Made by a program: the position numbers and the translations under genes. From positions 105,157 through 169,156 of IMG/VR virus record IMGVR_UViG_3300017987_000005: a stretch of 64,000 nt of DNA; one strand, 5' to 3'. The first letter of the stretch is position 1. Each line of letters starts with the position of its first letter. The notes under the pieces were generated by a model. The model saw only the letters and a program-made list of their open reading frames with translations. It was not told the DNA's origin and did not search any database. Of the stretch, positions 20,993 through 31,400 are shown in pieces. The DNA comes from a virus.

Positions 20993-22963
20993 TTAAACGG
21001 TCTCAGTGATAGACCCACCACCATCCCACAGACCGATTTTGAATACAACAAACTCGGCGGGTAGCGGCGGGTTAACGCCAATTTCACAGACGACTTTCCC
21101 CTGGTTGCGTACTTCTTCGGGATTGTTTTCTGCGTCACACTTAACGTAGAAAGCACGACCCATATCATCTGACGGGTAAAGCATACCCTCCTGCCACAGG
21201 CCACGGAGGAATTTTGTCACAACGTTGCGTATCTGTCCCCACAGTTTCGGGTCGCTGTTTTTGAAAACAGCCCACTGCGTTCCTTCAAAGACTGTAGCCT
21301 TGATGAAATTCAGCAGCCCGCGAACGTTCGTGTAATGACGTCCATCGGTAAGAGAGGTGAGAGTACGCACACCCCAAATACGAATACCGCGAGTTCCGAA
21401 GTCACGGATGCAGTTAATTCCGAGCGGGTTCAGGATGTCCTGCTCACCGTTCGATACATCGTATTCGAGACTCTTAGCGTTCGCAACAACAACATTCGCA
21501 GGAGCAACAGAAATATTCTGCTGTCCGGCTACACGAGCCCATATTCCCTGGAAAGCTCCGTCCGGAGATATGAGTTTATTTCCGCCGAGACCATCATCAA
21601 TGTTGTACCACGGGTACAGAAGGATAGCATGACTGCTGTCCACATTGACAACCTGGCTCCTCCACTGCTTAATCTGAGTGGGATTATAGCCAGCCGGTCC
21701 AGCATAAATATAAGAAATGGTCCCGCGCTGAATCTCACAATAACGAACACCTTCCAGAATCACAGCTTCCGTCGTGACACCCGGAACTGAAAGCATGTTC
21801 ACTTCGCGAACATCTTCCAGAAGACCCATGCCGGTCCGAGGAGCGGTCTGAGTCCCGATGTAGTCATCATTGCTCGGAGTTCCACCGGCATTTCCGCCAG
21901 CCATCGCTACAGCGCTTCCGTCATACGGCGATGCCATATTAAACGGAATGTTATCGCCGACACTCGAACCACCGCCAGTATAACTCAGCTCGACATACTG
22001 CGAGATATTCTGTGAACCGGTCGTAGCATTCACGATAGTCCCGTAGAATCGAGGACTCTGAGCACTTGCTGAAAGATTGTCAAGAGTATCTTCAATAACA
22101 ACGCCGTTATTCGAAACGACAACACTGAACTCAAGTGATGCGACATACGGAGTCATGTCTGCACCCGGAGTTATCGAGGAATCGATTGTCACTATATTAC
22201 CGTTGATAGCGGTAATTCTGCGAGTCCACTGATAGGCGGCGCCACCGACGCTATCCCAGTAAACAATGCTTACAGCATCACCGATTTCCAGCGCGCCGAT
22301 GCTCTGAAGCGTAAGCTGCGTAACAGCCACGCCGTTGCTCAGAACACCGTTAACCCGAGTGGAAATCTTATGTGTCGTAGCACATACACCGGGGTAAGTC
22401 TGAGTCGTAACTCCGTTGACGGTGCCTGAGAAAGTAACGGCAGCGTGGTAAATCTTGTTTCCAACAATATCTACAACGTGAACCTCTACCCATGCAGCTC
22501 CGTCCCAAAAGTTGATGATGTCCCCAATCTCGACATTGGAAGCATCTACGAGGTCAACTTCAGTCCCCGTTGCGGATACGAGGTCATCTGACGGGTCAAT
22601 CAGACACGTATACCGCGTAGTTGTAATTGTTGCTCCGTTCATCTCTGTACCGACGTACCTCGCGTCAGCGTCCATATCATCCAGAGATGCACTTGCAGCA
22701 AGTGCGCCGGTCCCTACGACGCGAATGACGTAACACCTGGTTCCGCCATTATCAAAAAACGCTTTGACAGCTTCATCGAGATTTCCACCGTCAGGTCCGA
22801 ATGTGCTTTCATACTGGGCATAGTTGGTGACCAGTACAGCGACATTCGTAGGACCGCTAGGAGCAGTCCCTATGAAGGAACCGGTTCCCGTTCCAACTCC
22901 GAGGAGAGTCGGACGTCCACCGATTTCTTCAACGTAAACATCCGGATGTAATCTTTGCGCCAT
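20993..22963 (-). CDS. Contractile tail sheath protein
   Basis: PDVYVEE, FFDNGG, APAN, LNPLGINCIRDF..RGIRIWGVRTL, FYVKCDAENNP, PAEFVVF. Confidence 0.97.
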   Translation of the reverse strand: MAQRLHPDVYVEEIGGRPTLLGVGTGTGSFIGTAPSGPTNVAVLVTNYAQYESTFGPDGGNLDEAVKAFFDNGGTRCYVIRVVGTGALAASASLDDMDADARYVGTEMNGATITTTRYTCLIDPSDDLVSATGTEVDLVDASNVEIGDIINFWDGAAWVEVHVVDIVGNKIYHAAVTFSGTVNGVTTQTYPGVCATTHKISTRVNGVLSNGVAVTQLTLQSIGALEIGDAVSIVYWDSVGGAAYQWTRRITAINGNIVTIDSSITPGADMTPYVASLEFSVVVSNNGVVIEDTLDNLSASAQSPRFYGTIVNATTGSQNISQYVELSYTGGGSSVGDNIPFNMASPYDGSAVAMAGGNAGGTPSNDDYIGTQTAPRTGMGLLEDVREVNMLSVPGVTTEAVILEGVRYCEIQRGTISYIYAGPAGYNPTQIKQWRSQVVNVDSSHAILLYPWYNIDDGLGGNKLISPDGAFQGIWARVAGQQNISVAPANVVVANAKSLEYDVSNGEQDILNPLGINCIRDFGTRGIRIWGVRTLTSLTDGRHYTNVRGLLNFIKATVFEGTQWAVFKNSDPKLWGQIRNVVTKFLRGLWQEGMLYPSDDMGRAFYVKCDAENNPEEVRNQGKVVCEIGVNPPLPAEFVVFKIGLWDGGGSITETV

Positions 22964-23262
22964 TACTTATCCTCCTTATCTTTAGGTTTACTACTTGATT
23001 TTTTTGCAGGTTTTTTTGACTCGCCACTCTCTTCTTTCTTATCTTCCTTATCTTCCTTAGCAGCTTTTGCATCCTCAATCGAAATTTCTTTACGGTCAAG
23101 GGCTGCTACAAGCTGTCTCGATGCAGCGTCATCGTTCTTCAAAGATACGCTTTCACCTGGAGCAAGATGTACGGCTCTGCGTCTACCGTTCTCGTCGAAA
23201 GAGTCTAAGTCATACGCTCTCAAATTTTTTGTGAGATTAGTAACTTGCTTCATATTGAGCAC
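22963..23262 (-). CDS. Small hypothetical protein upstream of the sheath gene
   Basis: Coupled ORF with a Lys/Glu-rich tail. Confidence 0.7.
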   Translation of the reverse strand: MLNMKQVTNLTKNLRAYDLDSFDENGRRRAVHLAPGESVSLKNDDAASRQLVAALDRKEISIEDAKAAKEDKEDKKEESGESKKPAKKSSSKPKDKEDK

Positions 23263-24547
23263 TCCTTTCTATTACAATTACGTTAATATCAATATCGGTA
23301 GCAAGCTTAGACTCTTTAACCGCTCCGATACTACGGTACCTCCCGAACCGTAGTGGAACGTCCACGACGGTAAGTTCATCAATAACTCTGGAAGGTGTCG
23401 TGACTTCATCATACCGCAAAGTCCACTTCAATCTTCTTCCAAGCCCTTCAGAATAAACTGAGCGTCGTTCAATGAGCCTACGTATCCCTTCCTCCATTCT
23501 AACAGCCTGCTCTGTACGATGAGCTTGGCATAAGAGGTCGAAACGAAATTCTGCCCAACGCTCCAGGTATGTTCGCGAAGAAAAGTCCCACCAGTTTATT
23601 TCAACTTTATCTTCATAGGGACCCCACTCTTCTTCATTAATAGTTGCTATAACAAGAGCAACTTCATCAGATAACTGGACAATAGGCTTCGTTTCAACAT
23701 GAACTGGTGGCCTATGACCAAACTGGAATTCAACATATCCATCCTGCTCTGATGTAAATGTAATGTTTCCGTCAGAACTCCAATCAGAAACGACGTTGGT
23801 CGTTTTCTGCGGGTCGTCATCTATATTGTATGCTCTGACGTACTCGACAATCGTAGACGCCGGGACCGTATTCCCTTCAGGGTCAGTCCTGGTCGTATAC
23901 GGAAGCCTATATGTATCGGCTCTATCTAATTCTTTGACGACACGGTCATCAAAATAATAGTAATTCTGTAGGTGCATAGATATTGAACGAATACTATCAT
24001 CAAGAAAATTATCCCGGATACTTTCGACAAAATCAATAGCTATCCAGTTAAACTTAGGCTTAGTATCCAAATCAACCGGGTACATCTTAATCCACATCAT
24101 TATATTACGCTCGCCGGGCGAAAGACTCTGTATCCCCTGATGGAATTTGTTCTCATTCATCCACTCAGGCTCATCGTAGTCGTCCCCAAGAAGCATGTGA
24201 ATCCCAAGTCCTCCAACATAATCTCCGCCGCCACCCCTGGCTCCCCCGATAGTCACCCAACGCTGACCATTAAAATACTGCCAATGATTGCCTCCATCAG
24301 TAGATATCCTAAATCCTAATTTGCAATCACTTGCACTAACAGTTAACCCGAAAAAACTATCGATAAGCGACGCCCGTAATGAATAACTCTTGAAGTCAGC
24401 AGGGTAATACATACCTCCACGCGCGTAGTTTCCGTATACATCCGTCTTACGCAACGATATAAAACGGGATGAAGTATCAAGGTAGGCATCCCTACTTGAC
24501 ATCTCCCATCCATCAAATCTGTTTGCGCAAAAAACTAGACTAGCCAT
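23237..24547 (-). CDS. Putative tail terminator/neck protein
   Basis: 436-aa ORF; function inferred from position only. Confidence 0.5.
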   Translation of the reverse strand: MASLVFCANRFDGWEMSSRDAYLDTSSRFISLRKTDVYGNYARGGMYYPADFKSYSLRASLIDSFFGLTVSASDCKLGFRISTDGGNHWQYFNGQRWVTIGGARGGGGDYVGGLGIHMLLGDDYDEPEWMNENKFHQGIQSLSPGERNIMMWIKMYPVDLDTKPKFNWIAIDFVESIRDNFLDDSIRSISMHLQNYYYFDDRVVKELDRADTYRLPYTTRTDPEGNTVPASTIVEYVRAYNIDDDPQKTTNVVSDWSSDGNITFTSEQDGYVEFQFGHRPPVHVETKPIVQLSDEVALVIATINEEEWGPYEDKVEINWWDFSSRTYLERWAEFRFDLLCQAHRTEQAVRMEEGIRRLIERRSVYSEGLGRRLKWTLRYDEVTTPSRVIDELTVVDVPLRFGRYRSIGAVKESKLATDIDINVIVIERSAQYEASY

Positions 24548-25257
24548 TAGAACGGTATAACCTCCGCAGCAGCACCATCAATTTCTTTTTCAGTCTCTTT
24601 CAAACCGACATCATAAATATATTGTATCGTTACTCGAGCAGTTTTATCCATGAAGGGTCTCGGCTTAACATAAAGAGCTTTACGCTTCTTCGTGTTCAGC
24701 TTTAATCCAGCATTGGCAAACAGCTCCTTCACAGTACTATCAATCGGAATAACAAATCCCGATTCAATTCTACGAGCTACGTCAGCATAGGATAATCCGC
24801 TATGCGGCGTCTTTACAGGAACGGGTGACCGCAATCTCGCAGAAAACCCGACCCACAAGCTGAAGTTTTTCCCTTTTCCGGTAGCTCCGACATCTATCCC
24901 GTCAGTTAACATACGCCCGCTATGCACCATCACTTTATCAGACGATGCCATAGGATATCCTAACTCACTATTCATATACTCACGTATACGGATTGTCGCT
25001 TCACGTAAAGGCACTTGCGATGCTGCTGCTTGAGCAGTATTTGCAAATACTGTCTTCAATCCTTTAACAAACGTCGCACGTCCAGTCGCTCTCTTAAAAG
25101 ATAACATCAAAACATCAGGAAGCTTAACCAAAGCCTTCTGTGCACGGCGGATATCACTCTTATAATAACGACTAGTCCGCCCCAAACGGAAATTGATACT
25201 AAGAGCTTTGCGTGCTCCCTTAGTAGCTTTGATTTTTCCGAGTGTTGCGAGTGCCAT
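24547..25257 (-). CDS. Putative tail completion/neck protein (basic)
   Basis: Basic protein ending in VKPRPFM, typical of virion morphogenesis/HK97 gp10-like proteins; synteny. Confidence 0.6.
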   Translation of the reverse strand: MALATLGKIKATKGARKALSINFRLGRTSRYYKSDIRRAQKALVKLPDVLMLSFKRATGRATFVKGLKTVFANTAQAAASQVPLREATIRIREYMNSELGYPMASSDKVMVHSGRMLTDGIDVGATGKGKNFSLWVGFSARLRSPVPVKTPHSGLSYADVARRIESGFVIPIDSTVKELFANAGLKLNTKKRKALYVKPRPFMDKTARVTIQYIYDVGLKETEKEIDGAAAEVIPF

Positions 25258-25682
25258 TATACTGACGACCTTTCTTTTGCAGCCATGTAGTCTGCATATA
25301 TTAAACGCTGTTTCCCCCCGAGAATACTCTCAGGGCGAACTTCGACAATTTCAAAATTTACTTTTGCTCCGGCAATTTCTATAATATAATCACCGGTTCT
25401 TAAAACTACTCCGGCATCGTCCAGGTCCTTCTTCTTGAATACAAGATGCCCGGCAGTATTAATCCTATCACCAGTAGAAGTCGCTGTTTTCCGCTTAATC
25501 GCTGCGGAGTTGTTCTGACCATATACAGTAACAGTCTTGCGCTCTTCTTTCCCTACGGCTTCTCCGTAAACTCTATCAACATGAGTGTGGCTCATACGGA
25601 GCTGTGCTATCTTGATTTTAGCTAATGCCATCCTCATCGGAAGAGCATCATAATCAATCGAAGATACTAACGGGTCACTCAT
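25257..25682 (-). CDS. Putative head closure protein
   Basis: DRVYGE...LRTGDYI...FEIVEVRP beta-barrel pattern; synteny. Confidence 0.6.
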   Translation of the reverse strand: MSDPLVSSIDYDALPMRMALAKIKIAQLRMSHTHVDRVYGEAVGKEERKTVTVYGQNNSAAIKRKTATSTGDRINTAGHLVFKKKDLDDAGVVLRTGDYIIEIAGAKVNFEIVEVRPESILGGKQRLIYADYMAAKERSSV

Positions 25683-26521
25683 TATATAAGCCTCACGTCA
25701 ACGTTCGTACGATACCTCATCAAAATCTTATCAACTTCGTTAATTCCTGTTCCGACAGAATTAATCCCGTATGCCGAAGCTCCTGGGTCAGCTAAGCGGT
25801 ACGTATAACTATCCGTAGTCTCACTTACCATCATCTGCTGAAACTGGTAACTCCGTTGCGCTTGGAGACCTCCGCCTTTCTTGGCTACGAGTTCCTGTGT
25901 ACAATAAACTATATCCCGAGGTATGCGTCCAAACACGATAACCTCGTCGTCAACTGCGACGCTTTCGGCTAGCGGGTCAACTTTAACAATATGGTCATCG
26001 CATACTTCGCAAATAATAGCAGAAACATAATTATCAATGAGCACGACACTTCCTTTGCTCATTCCCGCAGTCGAGTCGAACACAAGAGTGTCCGAACCTT
26101 CCGCAGCAGCAGTCGTAACGGTAGTGGTTACTTTGGTACGTGCATGATTAAGCCAACCAAAGTAACCAGCTACCGAGACTTGACTGTATAAAAGCGAACT
26201 GTATTCAGCATTATCCTCAGCACTCTGAACAACTACGTGCTCAGTATCGAAAGGCAAATCCTTGTATCCGCCGTTAGGCGAAAAGTCCGCTTCGACTGGT
26301 TCCGATATCTCAATGATAGGAACCTTACCACGCATAACAAACCGTCCATCATACAACTGCTCCATCTGTCCCGCAAAGTAAAGCGGGGTAAACCACTTCC
26401 CTGTAATACGGTTAATGGTTTCACTCCAAAGCTCAATTTGGCGGAGTATTTCGTCCACCCCTTGTTCCGTTCCGGAATAGGCTTTGGCTTCAGCAACAGT
26501 GCAATATCTGAACGGATACAT
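25682..26521 (-). CDS. Head-tail adaptor
   Basis: YCTVAEAKAY...INRITGKWF...IPRDIVYCTQELV...SETTDSYTY...VDKILMRYR. Confidence 0.8.
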   Translation of the reverse strand: MYPFRYCTVAEAKAYSGTEQGVDEILRQIELWSETINRITGKWFTPLYFAGQMEQLYDGRFVMRGKVPIIEISEPVEADFSPNGGYKDLPFDTEHVVVQSAEDNAEYSSLLYSQVSVAGYFGWLNHARTKVTTTVTTAAAEGSDTLVFDSTAGMSKGSVVLIDNYVSAIICEVCDDHIVKVDPLAESVAVDDEVIVFGRIPRDIVYCTQELVAKKGGGLQAQRSYQFQQMMVSETTDSYTYRLADPGASAYGINSVGTGINEVDKILMRYRTNVDVRLI

Positions 26522-26530
26522 CAGCGTCTC

Positions 26531-26899
26531 CTACTTCCCTGCGCTCTTCTTGGCGCTCTTTTTCTTAGCGCTGGAAGTTTTTTTCTTGGGTTCAGCAGGC
26601 TTCTCCTCTGCTTTGGGTTCAGGGGGTGTGGCTGCCGGAGCAGGTTTCTCCCCTCCCATCGTCACATAAGAGATAGCACCAGCGGGGCCATTGTTCGTAG
26701 GAAGTTCGCTGTTTTCGACGGGCTTACCTTTCTTATCCGTCTCAATAAAATCCGGGTTTCCCGCGAATTTCATCTGGTCATTGAAGTTTTTCACTTCTAC
26801 CGGACTACCAGGTCTGAACTGGTAAACGGCTGACCCATCATCAGCAATCTTCGAATACGAAGCAGAGCCCTGATACACAAAATATCTTGATTCTGCCAT
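26531..26899 (-). CDS. Hypothetical protein after the major capsid gene (Pro/Lys-rich tail)
   Basis: ORF with SD GAGGAG. Confidence 0.75.
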   Translation of the reverse strand: MAESRYFVYQGSASYSKIADDGSAVYQFRPGSPVEVKNFNDQMKFAGNPDFIETDKKGKPVENSELPTNNGPAGAISYVTMGGEKPAPAATPPEPKAEEKPAEPKKKTSSAKKKSAKKSAGK

Positions 26900-26932
26900 C
26901 GAAACTACTCCTCTTCAAAAGGAAAACAATTT

Positions 26933-27037
26933 GGGACACTTATCGGAAGGAGGTACAGCACTCCTACACTGTTAGTGCAAGAGTGCTGCCCATTCCCTAT
27001 CACGTTAAGGTATCCCGTAAATTAGGCTACGAGCCTA
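26933..27037 (-). other. Long structured 3' UTR of the major capsid gene
   Basis: 16-bp stem GCAGCACTCTTGCACT/AGTGTAGGAGTGCTGT (three G-U pairs) nested in GGGATAC/GTGTCCC, plus a TAGGCT/AGCCTA hairpin. Confidence 0.65.
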
Positions 27038-27039
27038 CC

Positions 27040-28353
27040 TTAGATTGAAGCCAGGCGGACGTTCTTAGCCTTCACGATGGCATCGAGGTTCTCAACCTTC
27101 ACGTCGAGCTGGTTGTACACGATATTTTCAATCGTGTCTTTCTTCTCGTTGAATTTCGTGAAGATACGAGTTCCGGCAAGAATACCACAGATGAAGTTCT
27201 GCGGGTTGCCGAGCCAGATGAAGGAACCTTCCAAAACGGTCCCGCCGCTGTCAGTACCGTCCACATCGATACCATTGATACCGAGAGTGGTTTCAGCACC
27301 GTTCGCCGGAGTGTTAACGATGACCTCGGTGTCCACACCGGTTTCAGTCGTTTTCAGCTTCAGGCGGTTGTCAGCGGTTGCTTCCGCAAGACCGGCAGCG
27401 CCAGCAGTTGCGATAGCAGCATTGATTTCCTTAGCCACCTGACCAGCGTGCAGCGTACCTTCTGACAGAGTCAGGGTTACGTTGACGGTGACGTCAGACG
27501 AGTCAGTGAAATCGATGTCAAGCGCATCGTTGGAACCAGCAACAATTACGAACGGGTCGTATTTGTAACCGATTGCTTCAGCCGCAGTAGCAGCTCCAGC
27601 AGAAACGGGGAGGTCTTCAGGAATCATCTCAACAGTCAGGATAGGAATCCCGAGCGGGTTGAGACCCTGTCCTTCGACAGCGTTCCCGTAGACACCAGCA
27701 ACTTTGTCAGCAGCCAGGCTAGCTACCCAGTCATCCAGCAGCGCGTCAGACATAATCCAGCGAAGGCCGGGGTCATTGCGGTACTGTTTCGGAAGCTGAC
27801 GTTTCATGACGCGGAACACATCTTTCGAAATGCTTGCGCCGGCAACGTCGAGAATATGAGAATTCTCAGTCTGGAGGTCCCAGCCGTCGAGACGGTTGAG
27901 CAGGCGGGCAACTTTCGTTGCAGAACCAGCAGTGGTATCACCCTGGATACCGAGCATCTCGAGGTCAGTCGCGATGCGCTGAGTCATGCCCTGCATCATG
28001 GTGTCTTCAAAGCCGGCCTGTTCGATGTTATTCTGGAGCGTTTCCGTAGAAATATTCCAGGTTGACCGAACCTTAACGGCAGTCAGTGTCACCTTGTTGT
28101 ATTTGGGCTCACCTTCGTTGTTCGGGGACCCCTGTTCCGTTGCTTCAGCAGCGGATTCAGTGATAGGCTCACCGATGTGAACTTTATCAATGTCCTCGAG
28201 TTTCTGAGTCATCGTGATTGTGCGGCAATTGTCAAGCATTGTTGAGAACTGCTTTACGTACATGATGAACTTGTCCTGCTGCTTCGGATGAAGCAAACCG
28301 CCATGCAGGAAATCAGCGGTTTCGATTGTTTTAAGGATTTCTTCGTTGTCCAT
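27040..28353 (-). CDS. Major capsid protein (HK97 fold) with an inserted domain
   Basis: GGLLHPKQQDKFI, ISTETLQNNIE, IATDLEMLGIQGD, LPKQYR; follows the protease gene. Confidence 0.93.
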   Translation of the reverse strand: MDNEEILKTIETADFLHGGLLHPKQQDKFIMYVKQFSTMLDNCRTITMTQKLEDIDKVHIGEPITESAAEATEQGSPNNEGEPKYNKVTLTAVKVRSTWNISTETLQNNIEQAGFEDTMMQGMTQRIATDLEMLGIQGDTTAGSATKVARLLNRLDGWDLQTENSHILDVAGASISKDVFRVMKRQLPKQYRNDPGLRWIMSDALLDDWVASLAADKVAGVYGNAVEGQGLNPLGIPILTVEMIPEDLPVSAGAATAAEAIGYKYDPFVIVAGSNDALDIDFTDSSDVTVNVTLTLSEGTLHAGQVAKEINAAIATAGAAGLAEATADNRLKLKTTETGVDTEVIVNTPANGAETTLGINGIDVDGTDSGGTVLEGSFIWLGNPQNFICGILAGTRIFTKFNEKKDTIENIVYNQLDVKVENLDAIVKAKNVRLASI

Positions 28354-28403
28354 CCTATAAACTCCTTTTCAAAAAGCAATTAGGAATAAAAAGTAAAATC
28401 AAA

Positions 28404-31400
28404 TTACTGCTTCTGACCTCTCATGCCAAAAGCCTGTTTTGCAGGATTGCCGAACATTCCACGGAAAACGTTATCTTCATCGATTTCGTCTCCGCCCTCG
28501 CCACCGGCGTCTTCTTTGTTCTGGTTACTCCCACTTGACCCATCCTCAAGGTCAGCAATTCTGTTCGAGAGTCCGGACAGGGTTTTCTTTACCTCAGCAT
28601 TCTGTTCGCTTGACACGGAGATTGCTTTCGCAATATCTTCCAGCGTCTTCACGAAGCCACCAGCGACATCCTTCAGCACAGCTTCAGTTTTCTCAGTAAC
28701 CGCTTTGTTAATATCCTCAGCAGTTACAGAGCTGTCGGGCAGACCTTTCTCTGTGAGATACTTATCCATAGACTCAAGCAGATTTTTAAGCTCGGGACTC
28801 ACAGCCTGACCACCGAGGGCCAGAGCAATAGCCTGCTGGAGAGCAGACCTGAATCCGTCAATACCGTCAAGAACAGGAGGAAGCTCTTTTTCTTCAGCGT
28901 CACCTTCACCATCAGCGTCAGAATCGCTGCCAGCTTCTCCTTCTGCATCGCCCGCGTCACCTTCAGCGTTTCCGCCTTCAGCTTCGCCCTCTTCGTCATC
29001 GCCTCCTTCGTCGGAAGCATCTTCCTCATCTTCTTTGGTTTTCAGATGAGATTTGAGGATAGAGTCAAAGATGGACTTTTCTTCTCCACCCTCGGCATCA
29101 TCCCCTTCGCCTTCAGCTTCGCCGTCACCGGCATCAGCATCAGCATCGCCTTCGGCAGCGTCACCACCTTCGGCAGCGTCGTCACCTTCAGCAGGCGCAT
29201 CACCATCACCTTCAGCAGGTGCGGCGTCATCACTTTCAGCGTCTCCTTCAGCAGGAGCATCGCCTTCACCTTCAGCAGGAGCATCGTCACCGCCTTCAGC
29301 AGGTGCGTCATCTCCTCCTTCAGTAGCGTCACCGTCAGAAGCATCCGCAGCTTCATCCTCTTTGGTAACGTCTTTGTCTGCGTCCTCGGTCGGAGCATCG
29401 TTATTATCCTTATCAGTAGTAACGACATCCTCCTGGACTTCGTCTTCGATTTTCTTGCCCATATTGGATTCTCCTTCAATTAATTCACTAAACCATAGCA
29501 TTTCTATGCCTTGCGTCTCAAAATGCATTGCAAAATTGTTGAGCGTAATACTTTCGCTCACTTCTCCCGGCGAATCACTGCCCATCAAAGCAGTACCGCA
29601 CTCAGGACAATCAATAGTCCTGCAAGGAACACCGGCTTCTTTATCCTGAGTAAATCCACAGTCCGGGCATACACAATAAGCCCAGCCTTGTTTCGCGATA
29701 GAAGCAAGCTTTTCGGGAGGAGTTATATCAAATTCTTCAAAATGCTTATTCAAATGAGCAGCTACCTCCTTGGCATCATCCGAACCGACTCTACCGCCAT
29801 CCTTAACACCAAGAAGTTCTGCGGCTGATACAATCAATCCGCGAAGAATTGTCTTACCGTCAGAATGGTGTTGATATTTCAAAACATCTCCGTCAGCCCA
29901 CGCGTAATCGTTGACTTCTTTCGAAGCACTGATATTATCTTCGACATCCGCGAGCGGAAGAGAAACAAAAGCAATTATATTGTCCGACATGACGTCACCT
30001 CCTAATTTATGGACATGGTTTTCGACTTCTTCCATAAACCTGTGGTCACTTATTGAATGAGTGTGTCCGAGGGATTTCAACGCAATACCCTTACCGTCAC
30101 GATTCCGGACAATATATTTATGGAAGTGCCCACCGGCAGCTTTTGACGTGCCGACAGTGTAGTCGTCGGACAACCTGCTTACTTGTCCGGTAATCCCATC
30201 TGCAATAACTGATGTACGCATGATGGCATCACCGATTGGACCGTTAGGCATTGGGAATTTTATTCCCTTTATTGTAAATGGGCTCTTCACTTCAGTAAGT
30301 GCGAACGATGCAGACTCTTCATCGTAGTAGCCCGTCTTTTCAAAAGCATCTGACAAGAACCTGAGAATTGTTCCGAAAAAATCCTGGTCTTCCAGCGTCG
30401 TATCAGACATAACTTCGCTGCGTTTCTTTGCATGATTTATGTCATCAACAATCTGGCGGGCGACTTTCGCTACACGCTTAACGTCATCGTCCGTAGTCTC
30501 AACGCTCTTATCAGTAATAATATTTCCGAGGTACAAGCCATACTCATACATATCTGCGCACTGCTGCCTTACCTCATCATAAACTTCTTTATCGCTGCAT
30601 TTTCCGCTACACGCACATTCCAGGACATCCTTAAAACGGCGCTCTGCGGAATCAACGAACTTCTCAACACTCTTGACATCAAAAGTCCTGCGAAATTTAT
30701 CGTAATCAGATTTGAATGCATCGGCGCGTGCGCTGAGCTGCTTCATATAAGCATACATTAAATCGTCAGAGATTTCATTTTTCGCGTACATGTTGTGAAC
30801 TTTCGTTGCCCACTCATCATACGAAGCTCCGTCACCAAAAAGAGTTTCTTCAGGAAGAGCTTTGACAGTCAAACGATTATCAACAGAAAGTTCCACAACA
30901 CCCATCATCAGAATGTGCGTGTGCTCACGCGCAGTATCAGTTTTCATAAGGTCACTGATAGTATGCGTATGTTCTGTCCCTTCGAATCCCCATATCGACA
31001 TCCCGGTCTCTCCGGCTACGACTTCCCCGTCCACTACGTACATAGCGAACTCGTGGAAATGCTCGTCCATATCAGCGTTACCGGTAAGACCAGTAATAAT
31101 CTTCCCGTTACCGCCATTCTCTTTCTGAATAGCGACGAGAGCTTTGCGGTATTTCGCAGGGTTGAACTCAGGTATCCCGCCAAGGATATCCTTAATCATC
31201 GCCTGCAAGAATCCTGCGCGCTGATTGCAAGCTTGATTCTTTCGAGTACAAGCAATATGGTCCAGCTCGATTCCATGAATAACACGGACGCGAATACCTT
31301 CACTATTAATCTCATACTCAATCCCGGCATCGGGGTCAAGATAACCACCAATGCTCATCTGCCACTCCGCCCTGCCCTCGAGAACATCCTGGAACAGGCG

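Noticed and set aside
4659-22963. Extracellular contractile injection system or tailocin
   Set aside because: The tail genes are contiguous with capsid, portal, protease and terminase genes, so this is a phage.
28900-29400. CRISPR-like or DNA-level tandem array
   Set aside because: The repeats are in frame, degenerate at wobble positions and encode an acidic linker; there are no unique spacers.
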